Notes under the pieces: model-generated | Told to the model about the DNA's origin: nothing | What the model saw: only the letters and a program-made list of their open reading frames with translations | Databases searched by the model: none | Source of the DNA: Planctopirus limnophila DSM 3776 | GTDB taxonomy: Bacteria > Planctomycetota > Planctomycetia > Planctomycetales > Planctomycetaceae | Length of the DNA: 32,000 nucleotides | Reading direction: 5' to 3' | Assembly: GCF_000092105.1 (NCBI RefSeq) | Contig: NC_014148.1 | Coordinates: 1,530,001 to 1,562,000 of the forward strand | Translations under genes and position numbers: made by a program | Part shown: in pieces, positions 9,451-18,360 of the stretch | Layout: each line of letters opens with the position of its first letter | Numbering within the stretch: the stretch's first letter is position 1

Positions 9451-12399
9451 ATGTCCAGGTTTCCAAGAATGCAGATTCATAGTTTCCAGGGGAGTCTGGC
9501 GGGCGATTCTTTCGCCGTCAGGGCCAATATGCTGAGGTTCCGCCTGAGTACCAGCTTGCGAAGGTCTTTGTTCAAGACATGGCCCGTCATCTTTCGATGC
9601 TGGTATGTCTGGGTCTATTTTATTGTTTTACACACTCAGACGCTCGCCGAAGAATCTCGACCAGCGGCACCACCCGAGAATCAGGCAGCAGGTAAACCAT
9701 CCGCCAGCGATATTCATCTGGATAACGCCCATAGTGAACCTCTCCCCTCAGGAAATCTTCCCGCCAACCAGCCGGTGATCGCTCCTCAAAAAGTTGCTGA
9801 GACTTTCCGCAAGGAACTTTCGGCGCCAAAGATCGCTCGGCATTTTTCCGGAGCCACGGTTGTTCAGGAATTTCGGTTTGATGATCAGGAGGATCTTGAT
9901 CAGGATGACCTGCCGGATGGTTGGCTTCGACGCAAAGGGGCACCTTTTCCACGCTATGTCGAATCGATGATTGATCGAAGTCCGCCGGGGCTGGATCATC
10001 ATGCACTGCGATTTCGAGTCAACGGTGGCCCGGCGGTCTTTTACAGTCCACTGGTGCGAGTCGATCCCAATTACAATCTGGCGGTGACCGGGAGTATTCA
10101 GACCTCAGGGCTGAATCATTCTGCGGGTCTCATTTCGATCTCAGTTCTCGATGCCAGAAGAGAGCGATTGGCACGCTGGTTATCACAGCCCGTCTCCGGC
10201 AGTCAGGCATGGGAAGCGGCTGTAATTGGCCCCGTTTCCCTCCCGCCTCAAGCAGCATTTGTGGTTGTCGGTTGTCACGTAGTGGATGGACTTCAAACCG
10301 ACGTCCGCGGGGATGTCTGGTTTGCAGATCTGCAGGTGGTGCGACTTCCCAATATCGACTGGGGCAGTTCGCCTCTCAATTGCTTTCAGGATAAAGACCT
10401 GAACTTCAATCTGGATATGGCATTTACCGGGCTGGAACCTACTCTTGAGTATCAACTCGATCTGACGGCGCGCGATGTGGATGGCAACTTGATTGCCCGA
10501 GATCAACGCACTTTGAAGCCTGAGCAGTCAAAGCCTGTCGATCAAAGTGCAAACGCGCAGCCCACCACTGTGGCGGAACCCAGGCGAGTGACGTGGAATC
10601 TGGATCAACTGGAGTATGGTCACTACCAGATGGAAGCCCGGCTGACACATGCTGGCGTGCTGGTCTTGCAGAAGACCAGGCCCTTCGTGCGTTTCGAAAC
10701 TCTGGAAAAACCACTGACCACAGGCGAGTTTGGCTGGTCAGTCCCTTCCGTCATGCCACAAAGAGTTTTGAATACTCTCTCGGCCATGGTCGATCAGACA
10801 GCGACTTCCTGGGTGAAGTACCCTGTCTGGGAATCAGCCGACGATCCAGCTCTGATGAGTGAAACGACAGAGTTCTTTGAAGATCTGGCCGAAAAGGGTG
10901 TCACAATTGTGGGCGTCTTTGGTGCGCCTCCCAAACCATTACAGGCCATGACCAGCCAGGAGTGGCAGGGCTCTGCCGAGATCTTTTCGCTGCCGCGAGA
11001 AATCTGGGCAGATTCGATGCATCCTGCCCTGGCCAGATATGGTTCGCATATCAGACGCTGGCAACTGGGGAGTGATCGCGATCACAGTTTTGTTGATGGC
11101 CTGAATACGGTCCTTGGCTTTCGCGTGGCCCGCAGTGAAATTCAGTCGATCAGTCGTGGCTCAATGGTGGGAACTGCCTGGACACCTCAAAGCAAAGAAC
11201 TTCCTCGCGGGATCGACTTTGTCATCAGTCCGGCAAGTCTCGAGTTGCCCAAACGGAATTCCGCGGAGACTGCTGAGCAGTGGGTGGTTCTGCAAGCATC
11301 CGATTTGAAGGGAACAACTCCCCCTCAGATTGCGGGCGAACTGGCCAAACGAATGATCGAGCAGCGCAAAGCTGGTATCGAAACCATTCTGCATGGAGAT
11401 CCGTTTCATCCACAGTCCGGAGTGTTCAGTCCAGATGGTTCGCCAGGAAACATGTTTCTCCCCTGGCGAACTCTGGCGATCTCGTTGTCGGGAAAGGAGT
11501 TTGCAGGGGCCTTCACTTTGCCTCAGCGCAGCGAAAATGCGGTCTTTATTGATGAGCATGAAGCCTGCGTGGTTCTCTGGAACCAACGGGAGACCATCGA
11601 GAAAGCGCATCTGGGAAATGAGGCCGTACTCGTCGATCTATGGGGACGCCAGCGAAAACTATTGATTGATCAAGTCACTGGACAGCAGCTTCTCCCGGTA
11701 GGCCCAGTCCCGATCATTGTTCGAAAATGTTCGCCGGCACTGGCGAAATGGCGCGTAGCCACTCATTTTGAACGGGGTCGATGCCGCAGTGAATATGGGA
11801 TGCATGAGGATGCACTGGTTGGCACGAATACGTTTCCACAAGGGGCTTCTGCCACAGTTGAGCTTTTGCTTCCTAAAGAATGGAACGCGGAGCCACGCAG
11901 CAGCAATCTTCAGTTGAGAGCTCGTGAGCCCTGGCGGATTCCTTTCCGCTTTCTATTGCCGGCCACCGCCAGTCTGGGTGATCACGAGGCCGAGATCGTC
12001 TTCAAAATCGATGCAGATCAGCACTACGAATTCCGCATGCCGTTGGTTTATCGAGTGGGGCTGGATGACATTACCATCGAAGTGATTGATCGACTCCTTC
12101 CCGATGGACGACTCGAAATCGAGCAGCGGGTGACGAATCGGACAGTTCCCGAAGAGATTGTCGATTTCCGTTGCAGCCTGTTTATCCCCAATGAACGCAG
12201 GCAACGCGTGAATATCCCTCGACTTGGCGAGGGCCTCGACAAGAAGATTTTTTATCTTCCCGACGGGGCACGTTTTGATGGTCAGACGCTCTGGTTGCGG
12301 CTTGAACAGGAAAATGGCCGACGAATTCTGAACTACCGCTGGGTCGTGAAGACCGGCCAGGATTCGCCAGCAACCGGGAACGAATTCAGTTCCAGGTAG
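9451..12399 (+). CDS. large hypothetical secreted or membrane-anchored protein
   Basis: 982-aa uninterrupted ORF. It has an N-terminal hydrophobic anchor (WPVIFRCWYVWVYFIVLHT) and no motif I can assign to a family. Confidence 0.7.
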   Translation: MSRFPRMQIHSFQGSLAGDSFAVRANMLRFRLSTSLRRSLFKTWPVIFRCWYVWVYFIVLHTQTLAEESRPAAPPENQAAGKPSASDIHLDNAHSEPLPSGNLPANQPVIAPQKVAETFRKELSAPKIARHFSGATVVQEFRFDDQEDLDQDDLPDGWLRRKGAPFPRYVESMIDRSPPGLDHHALRFRVNGGPAVFYSPLVRVDPNYNLAVTGSIQTSGLNHSAGLISISVLDARRERLARWLSQPVSGSQAWEAAVIGPVSLPPQAAFVVVGCHVVDGLQTDVRGDVWFADLQVVRLPNIDWGSSPLNCFQDKDLNFNLDMAFTGLEPTLEYQLDLTARDVDGNLIARDQRTLKPEQSKPVDQSANAQPTTVAEPRRVTWNLDQLEYGHYQMEARLTHAGVLVLQKTRPFVRFETLEKPLTTGEFGWSVPSVMPQRVLNTLSAMVDQTATSWVKYPVWESADDPALMSETTEFFEDLAEKGVTIVGVFGAPPKPLQAMTSQEWQGSAEIFSLPREIWADSMHPALARYGSHIRRWQLGSDRDHSFVDGLNTVLGFRVARSEIQSISRGSMVGTAWTPQSKELPRGIDFVISPASLELPKRNSAETAEQWVVLQASDLKGTTPPQIAGELAKRMIEQRKAGIETILHGDPFHPQSGVFSPDGSPGNMFLPWRTLAISLSGKEFAGAFTLPQRSENAVFIDEHEACVVLWNQRETIEKAHLGNEAVLVDLWGRQRKLLIDQVTGQQLLPVGPVPIIVRKCSPALAKWRVATHFERGRCRSEYGMHEDALVGTNTFPQGASATVELLLPKEWNAEPRSSNLQLRAREPWRIPFRFLLPATASLGDHEAEIVFKIDADQHYEFRMPLVYRVGLDDITIEVIDRLLPDGRLEIEQRVTNRTVPEEIVDFRCSLFIPNERRQRVNIPRLGEGLDKKIFYLPDGARFDGQTLWLRLEQENGRRILNYRWVVKTGQDSPATGNEFSSR

Positions 12400-12572
12400 C
12401 GACTGATTCTGACGCAAAATATCTCCAAAACCTGAGATTCTGGTTCGAGGTCGAGAAATCGGGAACGAATTTCCCGAGATCTGCATCAGATTCGCTGAAT
12501 AATCCCCTCTCGTTTCGGTGCTAACTTCTGGCTATACTTCGTTATGAAGTTTTTGTTCAGTCTGGCGGGAAT

Positions 12573-14219
12573 ATGTCCATGAATGATGTGACCACTCACC
12601 TGCTCGAAAAAGTTCGCCGACGGATGGCACTGGGCCAATGGGCTGAGCTTGCCATGCTCAATCTACTGGTGCTCACAGCTTCCATGACTGTACTCACCAT
12701 TGTGAATCGACTAACGGCATTTGCGCCGGAACAGATGATCATGTACGTCTGGCTGGCGATTGTCCCCGCAGCAGCACTACTGGCTGCCATTTTTCTGAAG
12801 CGGCCCACACTTTCGGAAGCGGCCCATCAGGTGGATCGTGCACTGGGCGAGAAAGATCTGTTTTTGACAGTATCTCGTCTGTCGTCATCCGTGGGAGAGT
12901 ATCAGCCTGTCGTCCTGGCTGTGGCCCATGCCAAAGCCCAATCCGTGGTGCCAGCCAAAGTGTCACCCTGGAATCCTTCACGAAGAATTCGTCCACTGCT
13001 CGGCTTAATTTTGCTGGCAGGCGGAATCCAATTCTTTCTTCCCCAGTGGGATCTCTTTGGCAATCGCGCACAGGCCGCCGTTATTGAGCAGCGTTCGGCT
13101 CAACTGAACCTCACTCGCAAGATGACAGAAGTTCGCAAGACCGAGCTCAAGCGGGCCCAGGAATCACGGGACACCACTCAAGACCAGCAGCTTGAGGAAA
13201 ATCTCAAGCTCGCATTCCAGAAAATGGAACCATCCCGCAAAGAAGAAAACCGCAAAGAATTGTTGAAGCAGCAGAAAGAGATCAGCCAGCAGTGGAAGGT
13301 CAAAGCCGCTTCGAAAAGTTCACCTTCGGCCAGTCGATCATCCCCCTCTGAAGAAGGTCAGAAATTTGGAGATGAAGAGACCGAGACCTTGAGGAAAAAG
13401 GCCAAAGAGGCGTTGCGCTCGGGCAATATGCAACCTCTCAAAGAGACGATGGAGCAAATTAAGGACGAACTGGAAAAGCTGGCCAAGACAGAAGACCCTG
13501 TCGAGCGGGCAGAGAAGCTGGAACAATTGAAAAAGCGGCTGGAAAATCTCGAAAAGCTCGCTCGGGAAGAGTTCGGTTCTGAGGAAATGGCCAAAGCCCT
13601 CGAACGAGCCCGGCAACAGGCTCAACTGGCCCAGAAAGATGGAGGAAATCCCAGCGAAGCCATGCAGGCTGCGATGGAATCGATGGAACTCTCTGAGATG
13701 GAACTCTCCCAGGCCATGGAGAATCTGAAGGACATGCAGAATCTGGAGAAAGCCCTTAAGGCAATTCAGGCTGCCAAAAAGCTCAACGAGCTTGACCCTC
13801 TCGATGGGGAAAAGTGCAAGCAGTGCCAGTCACTTTCTGATTATGAGAAGCTCTACAAGGAAATGCTGGCCAAATGCAATGGTCAAGGTGATGGACAAGG
13901 AAAAGGGAATGGTAATGGATTAGGAGGAGAAGGGATCGGCAGAGGTGGCAAAGCTCAGGAGGATGATTCGGTGGAAACATCCTTCGTTGATGAAAAGTCA
14001 CAATCTCAGGTCACTGCCGGTAAGATGCTCCTCTCGATCAAAACTCAAGGGTTGGGCGAAAAAGGTCAGGCGAGCGAAGATTATCGAAAAGCCGCCACGG
14101 CAGTGAAGCAGGGCGTTGCCGAAGCCATCCAGCAGGAGCAGATTCCCCCGGGTTATCATGAGTCGATCAAGTCCTACTTCGATCAGGTCGCTCCAGAAAA
14201 ATCGGGATCTGACAAGTAA
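12573..14219 (+). CDS. hypothetical membrane-anchored coiled-coil protein (E/K-rich)
   Basis: 548-aa ORF with three N-terminal hydrophobic segments. A long E/K/Q-rich region is predicted coiled coil by eye. A Gly-rich tract (GQGDGQGKGNGNGLGGEGIGRGG) follows, then a C-terminal IPPGYHESIKSYFDQV tail. Confidence 0.7.
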   Translation: MSMNDVTTHLLEKVRRRMALGQWAELAMLNLLVLTASMTVLTIVNRLTAFAPEQMIMYVWLAIVPAAALLAAIFLKRPTLSEAAHQVDRALGEKDLFLTVSRLSSSVGEYQPVVLAVAHAKAQSVVPAKVSPWNPSRRIRPLLGLILLAGGIQFFLPQWDLFGNRAQAAVIEQRSAQLNLTRKMTEVRKTELKRAQESRDTTQDQQLEENLKLAFQKMEPSRKEENRKELLKQQKEISQQWKVKAASKSSPSASRSSPSEEGQKFGDEETETLRKKAKEALRSGNMQPLKETMEQIKDELEKLAKTEDPVERAEKLEQLKKRLENLEKLAREEFGSEEMAKALERARQQAQLAQKDGGNPSEAMQAAMESMELSEMELSQAMENLKDMQNLEKALKAIQAAKKLNELDPLDGEKCKQCQSLSDYEKLYKEMLAKCNGQGDGQGKGNGNGLGGEGIGRGGKAQEDDSVETSFVDEKSQSQVTAGKMLLSIKTQGLGEKGQASEDYRKAATAVKQGVAEAIQQEQIPPGYHESIKSYFDQVAPEKSGSDK

Positions 14220-14273
14220 GTTCGCCAACCCGATTTGATCTCTTCTGAAGTCAGTCGGTCCCCACCGCTATTT

Positions 14274-14302
14274 TGCCATGCTTGCGGCTCGGAGCAAGCA
14301 TG
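14274..14302. repeat. 29-nt palindromic intergenic element, copy 1
   Basis: tgccatgcttgcggctcggagcaagcatg has a 9-bp perfect stem (catgcttgc/gcaagcatg) and an 8-nt loop. It matches 18061-18089 at 27/29 positions. Confidence 0.6.
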
Positions 14303-14495
14303 CTTCATTGACCTCAACTCGCCATGGATCTCTCGTTGCGAGTGACTCGTCAGGACGGCTGAGTTTCTCTCAATGGCGCTTGAATAACTCTCTTTGAATT
14401 TGGAGTATCAGCCTGAAACCACGTCGAAAAGTAACGGGGCTCAATCATTGATTGAGCCCCGAAAGCATGCATTGAGTCAATCATCTGACGTGTGA

Positions 14496-15803
14496 CTAGA
14501 TGAACTGTGTCAAGCCGGGCATGGCCACTGGTTCCACAGGAAGTGGACCCCACTCGTAAGCCTTGGGGCCCAGAACTTCCTGGCTGTTCATGGCTTGCTC
14601 CCAGGTGATTTTCTGACCGGTATAGGCCGACATGCGGCACATGATGGCAAGCATGGTGCTGTAGCACATGTATTCGCCATTGTTAATCGGCTGTCCCTTG
14701 CGAATCGAAGCGAAGAGTTCGTCATGTTCGGTTTGATACATATTGTTCTTCGGGCCTTCGTACTTCCAGATCACCTTGCCTTCGTTGTCCACAATCCGGT
14801 GCTTGAAGATATCTGCACGGCCCTTGGTTCCCAGAACGTGATCGCTGACATCGACCTGGGTGCCATCCTGCTGGCGGCTGCGGAAGAACATTTTGACGCC
14901 ATTCGCATACTCGTAAGTGGCGGCAAAGTGATCGTAGATGTTGCCAAAATCGGGGCTGACACGCACCTGACGACCACCCGTGGCACTACAAACCACTGGT
15001 GGAACATCCTTCATCGCCCAGGCCATCTTGTCGAGACTGTGGATAGCCTGCTCGTTGCCATGGTCACCCGAAAGCCACGTGAAGTAGAGCCAGTTGCGAA
15101 CCTGCCACTCCATATCACTCCACTCGGGCTTGCGGGGTTTACGCCATAAACCGCGTGTGTCGTAACTGCACTGCATGGCAACGATATCACCAATCGTTCC
15201 CTGATGAATCTGCTCGAACGTAGCTCGCATGCCGTAGTCATAGCGCCAGCAGAGGCCCGAGACAACAGCCAGGTTTCTTTCGGCCGCCTTCTTTGAAGTC
15301 TCCAGAACCGAGCGAACGCCAGGGGCATCAACCGCAATCGGTTTTTCGACAAACATGTGCACACCCGCATCAACAGCCAGCTTCATATGTTCTGGCCGGA
15401 AGTGTGGTGGCGAACAGAGAAGGATGACATCGACGCCCGCAGCCAGCATGTTCTTGCAGCCGTCGAAGCCTGTGAACTTGTGGGCGTCGTCGACGGTAAT
15501 GCGACCTGCAAAGCTGTCGTTGGACTGCAGATTTTTCAGTGAGTTTTCGATGTTATCGCCAAAGGCATCTGCCATAGCGACCAGCTTGGTGTTTTTGTCA
15601 GCCGAAAGGGCCTGTGCTGCCGCACCGGTTCCACGGCCACCACAGCCGACCAGTCCAATCCGCAGCGTATCGTCAGCAGCGGCGTAGGCCCGTGTGGCAA
15701 TTTGTGAAGCCAGTGCCACGGCAGTGGCCCCGACGGCAGAGGTCTTCAAAAAGTCTCGACGATTGGCTTGTGCTGATGGGTGTGTGGCGGGGGTGTCTGT
15801 CAT
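14496..15803 (-). CDS. Gfo/Idh/MocA-family oxidoreductase with twin-arginine (Tat) signal
   Basis: The N-terminus MTDTPATHPSAQANRRDFLKTSAVGATAVALA is a Tat signal. The Rossmann motif is LRIGLVGCGGRGTGAA. Overall the sequence is Gfo/Idh/MocA-like. I place the start at ATG 15803, preceded by gaggt; the tracked ORF starts 24 codons upstream. Confidence 0.88.
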   Translation of the reverse strand: MTDTPATHPSAQANRRDFLKTSAVGATAVALASQIATRAYAAADDTLRIGLVGCGGRGTGAAAQALSADKNTKLVAMADAFGDNIENSLKNLQSNDSFAGRITVDDAHKFTGFDGCKNMLAAGVDVILLCSPPHFRPEHMKLAVDAGVHMFVEKPIAVDAPGVRSVLETSKKAAERNLAVVSGLCWRYDYGMRATFEQIHQGTIGDIVAMQCSYDTRGLWRKPRKPEWSDMEWQVRNWLYFTWLSGDHGNEQAIHSLDKMAWAMKDVPPVVCSATGGRQVRVSPDFGNIYDHFAATYEYANGVKMFFRSRQQDGTQVDVSDHVLGTKGRADIFKHRIVDNEGKVIWKYEGPKNNMYQTEHDELFASIRKGQPINNGEYMCYSTMLAIMCRMSAYTGQKITWEQAMNSQEVLGPKAYEWGPLPVEPVAMPGLTQFI

Positions 15804-16075
15804 CAATACCTCGGCAGGATTTGAAAAGGCGTGTGTGGAAGTTACCAAGCGGATTGACTTTTCCGCCCGCAACACTGTACCAGATAGAGACTGTGAATCG
15901 CGAGAAATCTTTACGAAAATCTTGGCTTATTCGTGGGAACAGATTTTCAGCAAGATGATGATCAGACTGTCTGCAGATCTGCCATCACCCTTCGGCACAG
16001 TGTTGCCAGCCCACAGACCTGCCTTGATGGACGTATCAAACTCTGTGCCCAGCCAACCAAGAGGAAAACTGCCCC

Positions 16076-17005
16076 ATGGATCGACGAGACTTTCTGATGA
16101 CTGCCGCCAGTGCCTATGGTGCCACATCCCTCCTTGCAAACCATGGATTTGCGATGACCCAGGAACCCTCCGCCTCACAGAGTACCCCTCAACCCAAAGG
16201 GCCACTCAGGAAAGCTGTCAAATACAGCATGGTGGGTGTGAAAGGGACAATCGCCGAGAAGTTTGCAGCGGTGAAGTCCGCTGGCTTCGAGGGGATCGAC
16301 ATGGATGCCCGGGTTAAAGACAAGAATGAAGTCGTCGAGGCTGCCAAATCGACTGGCTTGCTTGTTCATGGCGTTGTGGATTACGACCATTGGTCACTGC
16401 CGCTGTCGAGCCCAGATGAAGCAGTGCGTGCCAAAGGGTTGGCAGCACTCGAAGAATCCTTGCACGACGCAAAATTCTATGGCGGTGATACCGTCCTGCT
16501 TGTTCCAGCAGTCGTCAACAAAAAGATCTCGTACGAAGACGCCTACAAACGATCACAGGCAGAGATTCGCAAGGCGTTGCCTTTAGCCAAAGAGTTGGGG
16601 ATTAAGATCCTCTTTGAAAATGTATGGAATAACTTCCTGCTCAGCCCGGTCGAATGTGCCCATTACATCGACGAGTTCGAATCGCCTCTCGTTGGCAGTT
16701 ATTTTGATGTCGGCAATATTGTCCATTATGGCTGGCCTGAACATTGGATTCGGACATTAGGCCCGCGGATTGGCAAAATCGATATCAAGGAATTCAGCCG
16801 GTCGAAAGCCAATACCCAGGGGAAGGGCGCTGGTTTTGGCGTCGAGATTGGGGAAGGCGACTGTGACTGGCCTGAAGTTCTTGCCGCACTGAAGGAAGTC
16901 GGCTTTTCGGGCTGGGCGACTGCCGAAGTGGGCGGCGGTGGTGCAGAACGCCTGACAGAGATCTCGGGGCGTATGGATAAAATCTTCGCGACCTGGCAAA
17001 GCTGA
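16076..17005 (+). CDS. sugar phosphate isomerase/epimerase (xylose isomerase-like TIM barrel) family protein with Tat signal
   Basis: The MDRRDFLMTAASAYGATSLLA Tat-type N-terminus is followed by features typical of AP-endonuclease-2/xylose-isomerase-like TIM barrels: GFEGIDM.., LLVPAV, KILFENVWN, YFDVGN. Confidence 0.82.
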   Translation: MDRRDFLMTAASAYGATSLLANHGFAMTQEPSASQSTPQPKGPLRKAVKYSMVGVKGTIAEKFAAVKSAGFEGIDMDARVKDKNEVVEAAKSTGLLVHGVVDYDHWSLPLSSPDEAVRAKGLAALEESLHDAKFYGGDTVLLVPAVVNKKISYEDAYKRSQAEIRKALPLAKELGIKILFENVWNNFLLSPVECAHYIDEFESPLVGSYFDVGNIVHYGWPEHWIRTLGPRIGKIDIKEFSRSKANTQGKGAGFGVEIGEGDCDWPEVLAALKEVGFSGWATAEVGGGGAERLTEISGRMDKIFATWQS

Positions 17006-17238
17006 CCTTGTTGCCCGTGATCAGATAAAATCTGAATTCTGGGCAAGCTGAAGGCGACAGGCACCAAATGGATGGCAGAAACATGCGGCCACTCTTGCCG
17101 ATCGGCAGGATTGGCCGCTTTTCTTTGGAACGTATTGCTACTTGTTTGATTTCCCTCTGGACATGCTTTTCGAAAGGAGCGAAACCCACGCCCATTGCCC
17201 GATTGGGCCCCATAGTTATGTTTCGGGAAGCCAAGACC

Positions 17239-17934
17239 ATGTCAAAGATTATGTGCGGTTTGAAAACATCTAAACGCTGGAATTTTTTCGCTCCACTCCT
17301 CGGATTCAGCCTTCTGGCTCCGTTTTCGACCGGTTGCAATCAGCAGCCAGCAGGTGGTGCCGTGGCTGTGGTGGATCTGGATCAGGTGGCAGAACTGACA
17401 GGCGTCACGGCAGAAATCAAAACCAAACTCGCTGCAAAAGAACAGACCCTCAATGGTGAACTGCTGACTGCTCAAGCAAAATTGAGGCAGGAACTGGCGA
17501 ACCGGAAAACAGCAGCCGGTGAATTGCCTTCTCGTGAAGAAGCCCAGAAACTGCAACAGTTCGAGGCAAGCGCGAATCGTGCTCTGGCGAGTGCTCGTAA
17601 CACCGCCAAAACTCTGCTCGACCAGGAGCGACTGAAATTGGTGGCCCAGTTCCGTGAGCAGATCAAGCCGGTCATGGCTGAAATCGCCAAAGAGAAAGGC
17701 TACTCCGTCATCATTCCCAAAAATGATGGTTTACTATTGGCGATCTCACCCGGTGTCGAAATCACTGAAGCCGTCTCGGCCAAAATTGGTCGGGGAACCA
17801 TTCATCTCGGTACTGCCGATGTCGCAGCAAAGACAGAGGCTGCCGCCAAGTCGATGGCTCCCGCTTTGCCTTCAGAACATGAGGCCACAACTCCTGCCAA
17901 TACGACACCAGCGCCGGAACTTCCCAACGAATAA
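17239..17934 (+). CDS. OmpH/Skp-like periplasmic chaperone, probable lipoprotein
   Basis: Start at ATG 17239 gives MSKIMCGLKTSKRWNFFAPLLGFSLLAPFSTGC, a lipobox-like signal. Then AVVDLDQV followed by long helical K/Q/E-rich arms and KEKGYSVII, as in OmpH/Skp. The tracked ORF begins at 17068, which I consider too far upstream. Confidence 0.78.
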   Translation: MSKIMCGLKTSKRWNFFAPLLGFSLLAPFSTGCNQQPAGGAVAVVDLDQVAELTGVTAEIKTKLAAKEQTLNGELLTAQAKLRQELANRKTAAGELPSREEAQKLQQFEASANRALASARNTAKTLLDQERLKLVAQFREQIKPVMAEIAKEKGYSVIIPKNDGLLLAISPGVEITEAVSAKIGRGTIHLGTADVAAKTEAAAKSMAPALPSEHEATTPANTTPAPELPNE

Positions 17935-17959
17935 GCCCCCCCTAAGTTCCAGTTCCTTT

Positions 17960-18007
17960 CAGCCAGAGGTTCGCCCGAGAGATGGCAACCTCTGGCTGTT
18001 TTTTTTT
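17960..18007 (+). terminator. rho-independent terminator after the skp-like gene
   Basis: 12-bp perfect stem cagccagaggtt / aacctctggctg with a 15-nt loop, immediately followed by nine T residues (17999-18007). Confidence 0.85.
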
Positions 18008-18060
18008 GCTGCAGATCAATAGGTTTTAATACTGATTCGAGGATTCAACAGCCCTTATCG

Positions 18061-18089
18061 TGCCATGCTGGCGGCTCTGAGCAAGCATG
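18061..18089. repeat. 29-nt palindromic intergenic element, copy 2
   Basis: tgccatgctggcggctctgagcaagcatg matches 14274-14302 at 27/29 positions, with the same hairpin geometry (8 of 9 stem pairs). Confidence 0.6.
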
Positions 18090-18360
18090 TTTAACAGCCT
18101 CTCCACACGCCATTGTTCGCTGGGGTGCGAACAATTAGAGAGTTGGATTTCGATCTCTGCAATCTCATCATCTCCTTCAATTCTTCACAAACATCTGGAA
18201 CCTTGAGAAAAATCGTTACAGTCACTCTATTCGAATCAATCCGCAGTTCTATTTGCGCCGATACGAGATGATGGATGGATCCGGAGATAAGCCCCTCCGG
18301 AATGACGAGGCAAATTGCGGCGAAAATCGCCGTTGACCGGCTCATGGAAGGAGCGTTTCG

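Noticed and set aside
16794-17339. 181-aa minus-strand ORF spanning the isomerase/skp intergenic region
   Set aside because: It overlaps the ends of two well-supported + strand genes and is Arg/Pro/Ser-rich. It is probably spurious.
18091-18345. 84-aa minus-strand ORF in the skp / DUF11-gene intergenic region
   Set aside because: It has no recognisable family and partly overlaps the palindromic repeat and the leader of the DUF11 gene. The evidence is insufficient.
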